DNA of 64,000 nt from Trichoplax adhaerens (lineage: Eukaryota > Animalia > Placozoa). A program made the translations under genes and the position numbers. The DNA lies in the NCBI RefSeq assembly GCF_000150275.1, contig NW_002060944.1:2642152-2706151 (forward strand), written 5' to 3'. The notes beneath the pieces are model-generated. The model was not told the DNA's origin. It did not search any database and saw nothing but the letters and a program-made list of their open reading frames with translations. Below, piece after piece: positions 39,941-51,575 of this stretch; the first letter of the stretch is position 1; every line of letters begins with the position of its first letter.

Positions 39941-42900
39941 ACTTCAAGTGGGACCATGCGATGATAATTATTACGTACAGACTATCAAACTTCTATATAT
40001 TGCGAATTGTTCGCTAAATTATTTTGTTAAGAAAATGATATCAATCATTACTAATTATTTGCAATAGGCTTGGATATATTGAATTTTGACAATTTGGACC
40101 TAATATTATTATATATGTACTTTGTTTTGATTTTTGCTTGCTTCTAAAATTGGACTTTAATGAAACTATAAACTCGTTTACTTCATATACACATAATATC
40201 ATAGACCAGATAGCATGAGTAAATCGGATGGCATTTTAGTATTAACGTCAGTTTGTTATTTTAGACATTTAATGAGTTAAACAACAATATACATTAATAA
40301 TAGGTGTATGTATTTAAAGGATTTGTTTGAATTGCAGTATGTTTATTACAGTGTGATCAATATCTAATTTTAGTCAAACAAAAGCATAAAATACTTTTAT
40401 CGGTGATCATTGCATTGCCTCTGATATCATATACGCGTATGTTCATGGAATTAGTAATATACACGTATTGCATACACAACTATTAGTAGAGTATTCACCT
40501 CACTGAGTAAGATTTTTAATTGATAATACATTTATTTGTTGGCAAGATTTTCAGAAATTGCAGTCATGAGTCAGTCATGACTGCACTTGTTTTTCAAATG
40601 TCAGTACTTATAGCCTCATTTTTTTCCAGTAATGGAGAGATTATTAGCATTACTATGTGAGCTAACACTCTCTAAATGTAATGCTGTACACATGCGTAAT
40701 ACGTAATAAAAGTAGTATGTAACCAAAGTAATACACGGTCTATAGTCTACTTACCATATACGAGCATATGAGTAAATTTATGTACAATAGATTGTAATGT
40801 GAGTGTGAAGAGAGATAATAAAGAGGATTGTTATATATATGGATGTATTCTTTATTTCACGAAGTATAATATTTTAATTAAGTTCTTAATCTTTATATTA
40901 TAAAATGTTATAAATTGCTTTAAAGTTTGCAATTCTTAAAAAATTTGCGTTCAGTTTAATTAACATTATTAACCAACAATTTCTAATATAGTAATTATAT
41001 TAACAATTATCTACTGTAATATTAGTATCACGATAATATTTACTATTAGAAATTTACCTATGTTAAATATAGCTATTCATACAATTGAATTTGTAGTGCA
41101 TCACTAAAAATTCATGAGATGAATACATTAGTTATTAATAGTAAATGTAACTCTATTTAATCTTAACAAATGTGAATGACGAGTTGACCATGTGGAATTA
41201 GAGGATGATATAACATGAAGTTTCGCTATTTACTGCTAATATTGGATTACTTAACTTTAAAATCAGGTTGTCATAGGAGTTACCAGGAAATATTAATTTC
41301 AAGAAATTGTCACTGTTGTAAATAAAATCAAGCAGGATAACATCTTTATAAGTATAATATTTTCTAGTACTATTGGCTTCTTATAGGGGTATTAATTTTA
41401 GACAATTTTTTTGGTTTGATGAAGTACTAGTACAAACTCCATCGCTTTGCTGACGGTTTACGATAATGTTAGGGTTTGTTTATAATTAACAGATAGTATT
41501 ACCATTTGATAGACCTGTCAGAGGTTCAGTAACTTTATACCGTGTATGTATGCTGTACAAAAGTACTTACATACGTTCAGTCCTTACTTTTTCTACCTTA
41601 TGACTCTAATAAAGCTGAAAACATGAAATTTCGAAAAAAAGCTTCTAATTATGAAAGGTAGCAAGACCTTTGAATCTAGGTGATTTAGATACTCGCGTGA
41701 ATTTTGGTTCTTCTGCATACTAGTATAGGAGTCCGCGTGTTGGAAGTCGGACATATAAATATGTTCTTATCTACTATCTACACGATACTATGTGTTGTGA
41801 CAAAGAAAAATTTCGCTACGCGCAAATAAAGCAACAATTAGGATATGATACATTTCAAAATGCTACTTAACATATGATCGACAAAAACCACTGGCGCCTA
41901 GCTGTCCTAATCTTCAGTTATTAAAACTTTTCTCATACGTAGTAAGTATCGTATTACAACTGGTCACACAAGTATAACTTCCGTTCAACACTTGAGGTAA
42001 AATGAGTACGTGGCATTAATAAAGTGACGATCTTGATACGATTATACTAGCGGAAGTGGCTTAATGATCATTTTAAAAGGATAATAGTATTACTCTTTAC
42101 CTGTAAATCTGCATGTAAATAGCTAATAATTAACGTACTTGTAATGTGTACGGCGTTATGTGTCTGCGTGTCGGTAATGTGAGTCATCAGTTGGGAGAAA
42201 TTACTTACGATACATTAGTGAAATGTATTTACAAGCAATTACAGCATTAGTAATGACTGGATTACACTATATACATGCATATATTATACTAACTATGCAT
42301 AATCTTATTTACGCTATAGGAGTTCAGAAAAATACGATTTGCCTGCAATCAGATATATTACTCCAGAACGAAATCCTAAAACTGAATAATAACGAATACT
42401 TTGTACCAATCGGCAGCTCGAGCAGTAAACAGGTTCTGAAAAGTTCTCTTATTACCTGTAAAGGAAAATACCGCAGTTGTTACTACTATATATGCATACT
42501 TATGTTTGGCTAGTAGTACATTTACCAACCAACTGGAACCTGATGAATCAGAAGTTTGAAATTATAGCACATACTATGCACTTCATTCACGCCTGGTGTT
42601 TTATACAGCCTCTGTCCCTGAATAAGTCCATAAAATATTGATTGTGTGCCTCCAGCAGCGATATTAAATAAACATTCCATGGTAGGAACTGAATAATAAC
42701 TTATCATAAAATGACAACATAGTCATGATATTTGTGGAAGCTACTTTGCAATGTGTATAGCTTTATAGTCTTTATTGTTTGTTATGGCCTGTTGTCTACG
42801 AATCCTTGAGGTGTAGAGACATCCACTGCTATATAAAATTATTTCTGTACTTTTATTCGTTCTTAATTTGAACTTTTATTTTAATCATAATCAAATTTTA

Positions 42901-43552
42901 AAGACTGATGTGCGCCAGGATTATTTTTATAGAACATTTTAATTAAAGACTGCTCTTGGAAGGAATGCTTTTTGATGGTAATTTACCGAGGTATGCGTTG
43001 TATATATATATACTCACGTTCGTTACAAGGAAACTAACAATTTCTCGATAACAGCAAATATCTTCTGTTCAAGTTAGTGTTCGGAAGCAACTTAACTGGT
43101 CACCTCTACAAATATATTACTTTTCTGCATTTTCAGAAAATAGGTTAACGTTGACGTAGTACAGCAACTAGCTTCGTGCTTTGAGTAAAAGTCGTAAAAT
43201 TTAAGGCTCTTTCATACTATATAACTTATGCGTACTTTTTTGTTGATAAGGTTTTTTACAGAAAAATTTTGTGCGTTTATACAGTAAGACAGACGTGAGT
43301 CTTTATTGGTTGTATTGAACAACGATCTATAGTTTGTGTACCTTGTAAAGATTTGCGGTAAGCTAATTTAAAAACTAAATGATTAGGTCCTTTGACAATG
43401 CTTGATTTTTTATTGTATTAGATTCTGATTAATCCTGGCCTCATCTATACCGATTACAATCTATGTAGCCAAAATCGGTGCCAATTCTGTCAAATCTTAT
43501 CACAAATATCAAGTAGCTTAATTATTAGGAAATATTTCGATCAAGAAATAGC

Positions 43553-46500
43553 ATGATATTGCGAAAAGCTTTGGTGTTTGCTACAATTTATTTAATTATA
43601 GCCCCTCGGATTCATGCACAAGGTACCGTAGGTAATACGATACTGCATATTTTAAAAAAGCTTGTATTGATAAAGATTTTGATGGGAACGATCTACTAAT
43701 CACGGTAACCGTAATCAAAATCAAGTACTATCTGGCTATATGCAGACGCCTTATCTGCATCATACGCCATTTTAGCCTTCAACTGTAAGACTTCTGTACA
43801 TTTTGTAATTATGATTACGGTATGATTGACAACTATATATTAGTGTACTATTTACGCGGCATGTTTTTGTCTCCATGTCCATATGCAAATTCTGTTGCAA
43901 TACAGTCAAATAAATAAACTACAGTAAAAGTTGTATTCAGTAATTATAGCTGGAATTTAAAAAATGACAATTAAGTTACGCGAATTATCTCTATTTTAAT
44001 TGCCTTTGCTGACTTTTATTAACTGGCTCCATACATGTTATCTGCATTTTACAACCATATTCAGGCTGTTCTTATCCACTGGGAATGAACAATGGAGCCA
44101 TTACTGATAGTCAGCTGTTTGCTTCAAGTGTTGATCGTGAAACAAGTTCAGCCCAGCATGCAAGACTCAATCAAACCAGTGGCGATGAAGCATGGTGCGC
44201 CAAATCACTTACTAGAAATCCGCAATTACAAATTAATTTAATTTATCCGACATTAGTAACTAAATTAGCTATTAGTGGACGCAGACAGGAATATGTTTCT
44301 GGTTTAATAATCGAAATCAAGACGGCCCCCAATACTAATTATAGTAATTATAATCAGGGCCGGGTAAGTTTTCTGAAATTCATATGGGTATTTAATTATG
44401 GTAGCAATAAATCTTACAGATTGTTGGTGTGATGTATAGCAAAAATTATGAATTAAGTAATTAATTAATAAATAATAATAAATACTTAAATAGTGCTATT
44501 AACACATTATAACTTAGACTAAGACCCTGTAAATCTCGCACTGTCGAAGAATTTGTTAGAAAGGGTTGAAATATTGATTTAGTTCTTAATAAATATTGAT
44601 AAAAATACTAAAATAGTTCCATTAATATATTATGATCAAGACCCTGTAAATGTCGCGCTATCGGATGTAAAGGGTTGAAATATAAATTAAGTTCTTATTA
44701 ATTAATTATATATTCACAGGTTATTACTGTATCGCCTGTTGCTGGTATTGGTATTGCGTATATTGACTTAGTCCCTTCCATTTTTGCCTATGAAATATTG
44801 TTCACTATCGTAGAGCACGTCGGTGGTGCTCAGTGTATGGGAGTAGAATTATACGGGTGTTACTTAATGAAGGGTATGATATTGTATAAAGATTGATAAA
44901 TTTACGTGTTTACGCATACATCAGTAGCGCGTCTACTTAAATACGAATGTCGATTTCTTTGAATGAATTCTAGCAGTTTTAGAAGATATGTTCTTAGTTA
45001 CCGTACGTCCGCAACGTATCTTTCTAAAATAATTTTAAGTCGCTGTTAACCACCGCTTTATTATGTTAGGAAAAGTGAAATATTATAATATACAAGATGG
45101 CAACGACAACCATTTTTACGATTATGACTATAACGGAACTAAATCAACCCTTGATGGCATAATTTATCTTAGCAATGGTATTGGTAAGCTGACGGACGGT
45201 ACTTTGGGATCTAGTAAACCATCAAGTATACTATCGAACGAATGGATAGGATGGAGTTCTGTAATAGTGTCAGTCCCCACTTTAACGTTCGCTTTTGCTA
45301 CGGAACAAATCTTCTATCAAGTTTATATCCATTGTCTAATATCATATCCATTCACCTTGTTCAAATATGCGAATCTGTCATTTAGCAATGATAGTTCTGA
45401 ATGGACTAGACCTGTCATTTATTACGCTAACAAATCCCCTACAATTACGAGTGAGGCCTTTTTCATCACCTTTAAATTGCATAACGAGACCGGACGATAT
45501 ATCAAACTAGAGCTTGCTTACAGTAAATCCAATGCCTGGATTGGTTTGAGCGAAATTTGGTTTATGTCTAGAGAAGTCAATGGTTAGTAAGATGTCATTA
45601 TTGCGTAAGGGATCATTCATGGTTCCTCTGATTCGCTAATTAATTTCGCATATACGTATGTATGCTACCAATAACTGCCTACAGCGCATTGTACGAGTAT
45701 TTCATGCTTCTGTGTAAATTCTTTACAAATATCCCTTGCACAAGTATCTCGAGCTTTTTGATATATTACATGTAGTAGTAATGCACTGTAAGAAAACTCT
45801 TCCGGGAGCATATCTGGCTCAGCTCAGTAAATTAATCGAACCAAATAGCGTTATATTACCGTAGATAATTTTATTAATATGAACCTGTTTTGGGAAAGCA
45901 CACAATGTAGTAATATTTTACTTGAAAGTTATTACTCGCTTAGATTTTATCACGGTAAGCTCTGCTATGAAGGCTATAGACTAGTAAGCATATTACAGCA
46001 ATACACGTAGCTATATGTTTAATCGGAATTTTAGTTAAAATAGACGTTTATGTACTCATATTACTATACATTAGTAGAGACTTTGAAAAAGTTCTTTTAC
46101 GAATACATTAATTTTCCTATATTTCGTAATTTTAGACACGTCTTTCAATACAATTACGGTGCCAACTAGTGAGAGTCGTCCTACTCGCACGACTTTGGTA
46201 TCAACTACCGCCTCAACGGAAAAACCAAGATTAACCATGAAGTCAACTAAACCTCCTACTATGGCGACAACAGCTACTACTCGCACCGTCATTACTATAG
46301 GTAGATCCAGGAAGTTATTCACCTACTTATAATTACTATACGCATATATTTCTTCATAATAATAAAGTAGTTGAATTAATTATTATTTATTTTCAGTTGC
46401 GCGCATGTAGTATAATCAAATGTTTCATTTGCATTAATCATTCACTGATTTAACAAAATATTGTAGTCGTTCAGATCCGAACTACACACACTGCTATACA

Positions 46501-49084
46501 GTACAAAAGCCATGCACGCCTAAATATAAAAATTGCTTATTTACTTTCATAGGTAGTACATTGACTAGCATAAACAGTGAAAGCATACCATCTTCTGTAT
46601 CGAAATTTATCACCATGTCAACTTCTGCATTTACAGCAAGTCCATCTCTGATTCCCGTTGCAGTACCGACTGTTATAGCATTTGCACTTGTAACTATCAT
46701 GCTCATTGCCTGGTTCGCATATCGAAGGAATTTATGCCCGCATAACTCAGCTTGCTCATCCAGAATATCACGCAATCGTGTAACATTAAGGAGAGGGAAG
46801 ATCATTGTTAAACAAGAGCAAGATCGTCAATCGACCGATATTTTTTCAGATTCGTTAAAAGGGAATGGTAATAGAAACAGCCGAATGCGCTCGCCTATCC
46901 CTTCTTATATGATGGATCAAGGTAAGAAAATTTCGAATAATTTTATATAGATTAAATGAAATGTTTAGATAGTGTAATAAATATTCTACAATATATTTCG
47001 TATAATAAGTACAGTATACTGCAGTAGTTAGTGTCGCCGGTAACTGTAAATCTATTCTTACGTATTTGAAGCTCAAACGGCTGCTAGCTTTGACTTATTA
47101 ATCTCTGCACGATATTCTCATTAACAGTGACTATAATATGTAATTATACCAATAGATAAGAATATCTATCGACCGATAAAATATTGCCTTATTTTTAGAT
47201 ACAGATGTAGAAATGACTAGCTACAGTTATCCAACAGGCGTTAATACGAACCTAATAAATACAGCTGCTCAGGCTAGCACAACGAGAAAAGCAGCCGATG
47301 AAGATATTAGAAGCAATGATGCCCTAATAAACGAAAGATCCTCAGATGCTGCAGCTGGTCATTCATTGACAAGCTTAGATACAAGTACAGTCATAACGCC
47401 AGCTTCTAAGACTAGTTCTGATAGACTCCGTCAATCTGCTAGCAATCTTAATAGTCATCGAAAAGGAAACGATGAAAACGACGCATACAGTGTTATACTT
47501 GCTGATGATGACTACAGCTCGTCAGAAGCGTCTTCTATATTTTTTCCAATCCCTAGTACCAACGACAAGCTAGATCGTCAAAGTATTCACGGTGGTTATC
47601 AATCAGATGAGGATTCACATGTTACTGACGAACTTAGTACTAGTTCTCGTGATCATTTTTATAACGTGAATCGTCAAAGGAGTCTTAGACGTAGCCATAG
47701 AACCGCTAGTCGACATTCACTTGGAAATGAAATTCGTAAGCAACGACGTCATATTCAACGTAGAAGTAGCAGCAGAGCTTCGTTAAATAAAATAGCATTT
47801 TCTACGGCCCCGCGATATGAACATCATGACTCTCATAAGTCAGTGCGAGAAAGTGAATACGAAACAGCGTCGATTAGGAAAACTAGCCATCGACCGCCTG
47901 CTGCAAAAGCACCTAAACTAAGCATCTCAAATAAACCTATTTCAAGCTCGAGTTCGCGAAGTCTGAGATCTCATTTACCTCGCGAGGGCTATGAGTATAA
48001 TTATGAATCAGGAATTAACAGAGTAAAGTCTTCCAGTGAGAAGGGTTCCAGGGGTGAACGTCGAGTTGTAACTCGCTCCGCAACTACTGCTGGAACGCAC
48101 ACACAAGGTAATAGGTTATACAGTACAATTGGCAGTCGGGATCAAAGGGAAAAAACACTCGCACAGCAATTGTCTGCAAGTATAGGTAGGAAACCATCGA
48201 AATCTGTTAGTTATAAGGACCAGTCAGCGATTATGGAATATCCGATATCATGCTTAGAAGTCGTAAAAGATATCGGTGAAGCAGAATTCATTACGGTTCA
48301 TTTAGCAAAAGCGAAAGGTCTACGAGGCGTTAATGTTCGCTACGTAGCTTTGAAGAAGATCAAAGATCCATTGGACAAAGCGGTTGCCAAAAAGTTTTTC
48401 CAGGAAGTAGCAATCCTAAATAAAATTAAGCATAAGAATGTTACACGTCTGTTAGCTATTTCGACACGAAATCAAGTTTTGGCAATGATTATTGAATATC
48501 CTGAATTTGGTAATTTGCATCAGTACTTGCAACAGGCAACTAATGAGATCGATTTAGGTCAACCGGGTGTTCCTCCTATTTCCCCATCTTACTTGTTGCT
48601 TATGGCTAAACAAATAGCGGAAGGAATGCAGTATTTGACTTCATTGGATATTGTACATCGTGATTTAGCGACTCGTAATTGTTTGGTAGGATCATCGTAC
48701 TTTATTAAAGTTTCAAATTTTGGTGTAGTGAATAGAGATTTCATGCGTGACTATTATATTATGGAGGATTTGCCTCCATTGCCAATAAGATGGATGGCAC
48801 CGGAGGCCATATTAGAAGGAGACGTTACAACTTCTAGTGACGTGTGGGCTTTTGGAATTACATTGTGGGAGATTTTAACGTTTGCCAAACGACCATACGG
48901 CGATAAAAGTGATGTAGAAGTATTAGAGAATATAATTAAGTTATATGAAGGTGGAGAAAATGCCGTCCTACTAAACCAACCGTCTTTTGCGTCGAATGAA
49001 TGCTATAAACTAATGCAAAAATGCTGGAGATTAGATCCGAAACGCAGACCATCCTTTGAAGATATTGTAACTATGTTCTCTTAA
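43553..49084 (+). CDS. DDR: DDR-like receptor tyrosine kinase B: signal peptide, discoidin, DS-like domain, Thr-rich stalk, TM, very long Ser/Arg-rich juxtamembrane region, probable pseudokinase
   Basis: Exons 43553-43622, 44065-44363 (CSYPLGM...EAWC), 44720-44873 (CMGVELYGC), 45070-45582 (GKLTDGTLG...WIGW...LSEIWF), 46136-46300, 46553-46921 (TM), 47199-49084 (VALK, HRDLATRN, NFG, RDYY, LPIRWMAPE, SDVWAFG). Confidence 0.9.
44521..44704. repeat. Intronic direct duplication, ~70-bp core at 117-bp spacing
   Basis: AAGACCCTGTAAAT.TCGC.CT.TCG...AAAGGGTTGAAATAT...AGTTCTTA begins at 44521 and at 44638. Confidence 0.8.
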
Positions 49085-49963
49085 ATAGTCACTGTGTTAT
49101 TTAAGGTAACGCTTCGCTTTTGTTTTCAGTTGCGTAGAATTAAAGTACCAGTACATTACTGTTTTAAAAAGGTTTCGTAAACAATATCACATCTACCGTT
49201 TACTGAAATTAGGATTCATTTATTCTGACTCTCAGAGCCAAGGAGCTTGCTGTAATGATTACCTTCCAGCGGTAGTGACTGACTTTTTCCATAATAATAA
49301 TAACTCGTATAATCATAAGAATAAATAAGAGATGGGCATGTCGTAAAAGTATTGATATGGTTGTTCTACTTTCTAAATCTATAACATTAAGTTTCCTAAT
49401 ATTGCTAAATGTTAGCTTCGAATATGAAAATCGGCTATTGCTCTTAAGCTATCGCTCAGATTAACGTTACTAACAGTAAATCTACGATAAATACGAACAT
49501 TGAGGCTGGTACTTTGTTATTTTAAGATAAATCATCGTTCCGTAGCTGATTTTAAAAATATCACGAAGGTTGTGATACTATATACTGCTACACTGTACAA
49601 CACCTACTTATTGTATAATGTATACCCGTATTCAACGCTTGAAGTGAGAAATCCATTAAAGAATACTTTTAGCATTTAGCATATTCTACAAGTTAATTGA
49701 ACCGTGAAGCTTAATTAAAGTTACCTTTGTAAGTACAGTGCAGTACATTTACAGCTCAAAGTAGTGAGCAAACTGCATTATTAACCCTTAAAGTGCAGTG
49801 TATTTATTTTCGTTTCCAACATTTGGAGAGCAAAGTACTAGTAATTATTACTATGTGCTTTGACTGTACTGGTATAGACAGTCGTAATTCTATCAACATG
49901 TATAAAAAGTTCAGCTCTCTAGCTACATTATAGTATACTATAAGTATAATATTTTTTACGTTA

Positions 49964-51114
49964 GTTTCAGCACTATTTTTTCCCTTTTTCTACGTCTGAA
50001 AGCACAAATAAATATACTGTACCTCACCTAAGTGTACAGTGTACAAATAAGTGGAAGCTTTTTCTTCTACAGTAGCGAGCATCTATCAGGTCCGAATGCT
50101 CCCATTGCTGTTGTTTCAGCATTATTTTTTCCCCTTTTTCTACATCTGAAAACAAAATAAATATACCGTACCAAAGTGTACAGTGTACAGTATGTACAGT
50201 ACAGTACGGTACTGTAGTGCACTGTACCTTTTGATGAACCTACTGTAGAACAGAACCGGAACTTTGACAGCATTAGAGGTCACGTGACTCGCATTGTCAA
50301 TTCTCGACGGGTCCAAGTCCCAGTGACACTGACACCTATTAACGTACAGTACTATACTGACTTTACAGTACCGTACAGTGCAGTAAGTCGAGTGTTGTAG
50401 TGTGACGTAGCAGGGTTTGTAATATCTTCCGATATCAGACTCAGTAACCAATGAGAGATGGGATTTGAGAGAGAATCAACTTTATTAGGAATACTGTAAG
50501 TAGCAAGGAGAGTAGCCTTGAGTAAAGAGACAGACACATAAGGAAGGATTCGACGGAACAGAATTCTTAATCTATTGTGCTGCTTAGATATTCTAGGTTG
50601 CAGTACTGTATAAGAACAAATAAAGATCAGCATTACGAATAGTACAGTAGGATAACAGGAGTACAACAAATACAGTATGTAGCGTATTTGTCACTTTATA
50701 CTGTATCACGCGTCGACTTAAATACTGTACATTAAAATACAGTACTGTATATCTAATTTATGGTAATTGTCTAGGCAGTGTACAGTACTTCTTATATTAA
50801 GTAATAGTAGCTATCTATGCAATTATGTATAAAACACTTACTATAGAAGAACAGAGTTTATGACAGAGTTAGCCCATAACAATACTTACTCAGTGAAGAG
50901 GATTTACACTAGATTCCATTCCCATTCAATGTGAGCAATGGGAGTATTCAGACCTGATAGATGCTCGCTACTGTAGAAGAAAAAGTTTTCACTTATTTGT
51001 ACACTGATCACTTAGCTGCGGTATATTTATTTCGTTTTCAGACGTAGAAAAAGGGGAAAAAATAGTGCTAAACAAGAGCAATGGAGTATTCGGGCCTGAT
51101 AGATGCTCGCTACT
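49964..51114. repeat. Inverted-repeat element with arms made of ~145-bp tandem subunits (foldback/MITE-like), truncated by an assembly gap
   Basis: Unit A starts at 49964 and 50113 (period 149). Reverse-complement copies start at 50934 and 51077 (period 143), the last one running into the Ns. Confidence 0.75.
50195..50435. repeat. Inverted copy of the FIRRM upstream region (51165-51366)
   Basis: 50195-50435 is the reverse complement of 51165-51366 apart from scattered substitutions and a ~40-bp divergent/indel segment. Both copies contain GTCACGTGAC and CCGGAA. Confidence 0.9.
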
Positions 51115-51164
51115 NNNNNNNNNNNNNNNNNNNNNNNNNNNNNNNNNNNNNNNNNNNNNNNNNN
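51115..51164. other. Assembly gap (50 N)
   Basis: Run of N characters. Confidence 1.
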
Positions 51165-51272
51165 ATATCGGAAGATATTACAAAGCCCGCTACGTCACAC
51201 TACAACACTCGACTTACCGTACAGTACCGTACTCAGTTAGACGGTTAGACCCGTGGAGAATTGACAATGTGA

Positions 51273-51442
51273 GTCACGTGACCTCTAATGCTGTCAAAGT
51301 TCCGGTTCGGTTCTACAGTAGGTTCATCAAAAGGTACAGTGCACTACAGTACCGTACTGTACTGTAAGAATTAGCGCCAATTTTAAATTAATGTACTGTA
51401 CAGTACTGTACAAGTACTGTACACGTCGTACAGTACGGTACA
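51273..51442 (+). promoter_or_regulatory. Putative FIRRM promoter: palindromic E-box, ETS-like site and ACAGT/TACTG array
   Basis: GTCACGTGAC at 51273-51282, TTCCGG at 51300-51305 and dense TACTG/CAGTA pentamers at 51334-51442, 130-300 bp upstream of the ATG at 51576. Confidence 0.55.
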
Positions 51443-51575
51443 GCAGCAGCGACTACTCAATCAAAATTATAGGACAGTATTGACATCTTTAGCATCGTCC
51501 AAGATCACTGGTTGACTGGCAAACCGCAGTCAGCGTTCTGTGACTTGTTTTTATGATTTGTATCAAGGGGAAAAA

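Noticed and set aside
50305-50330. GGGTCCAAGTCCC as a tRNA T-arm
   Set aside because: No cloverleaf or A-box, and the motif is not retained in the inverted copy.
50067-51367. ORFs 50067-50273, 50140-50451, 50352-50669 and 51065-51367 (also 61481-61678)
   Set aside because: Mostly translations of ACAGT repeats and inverted duplications (YSTVLYC-type peptides); one spans the N gap and none resembles a known protein.
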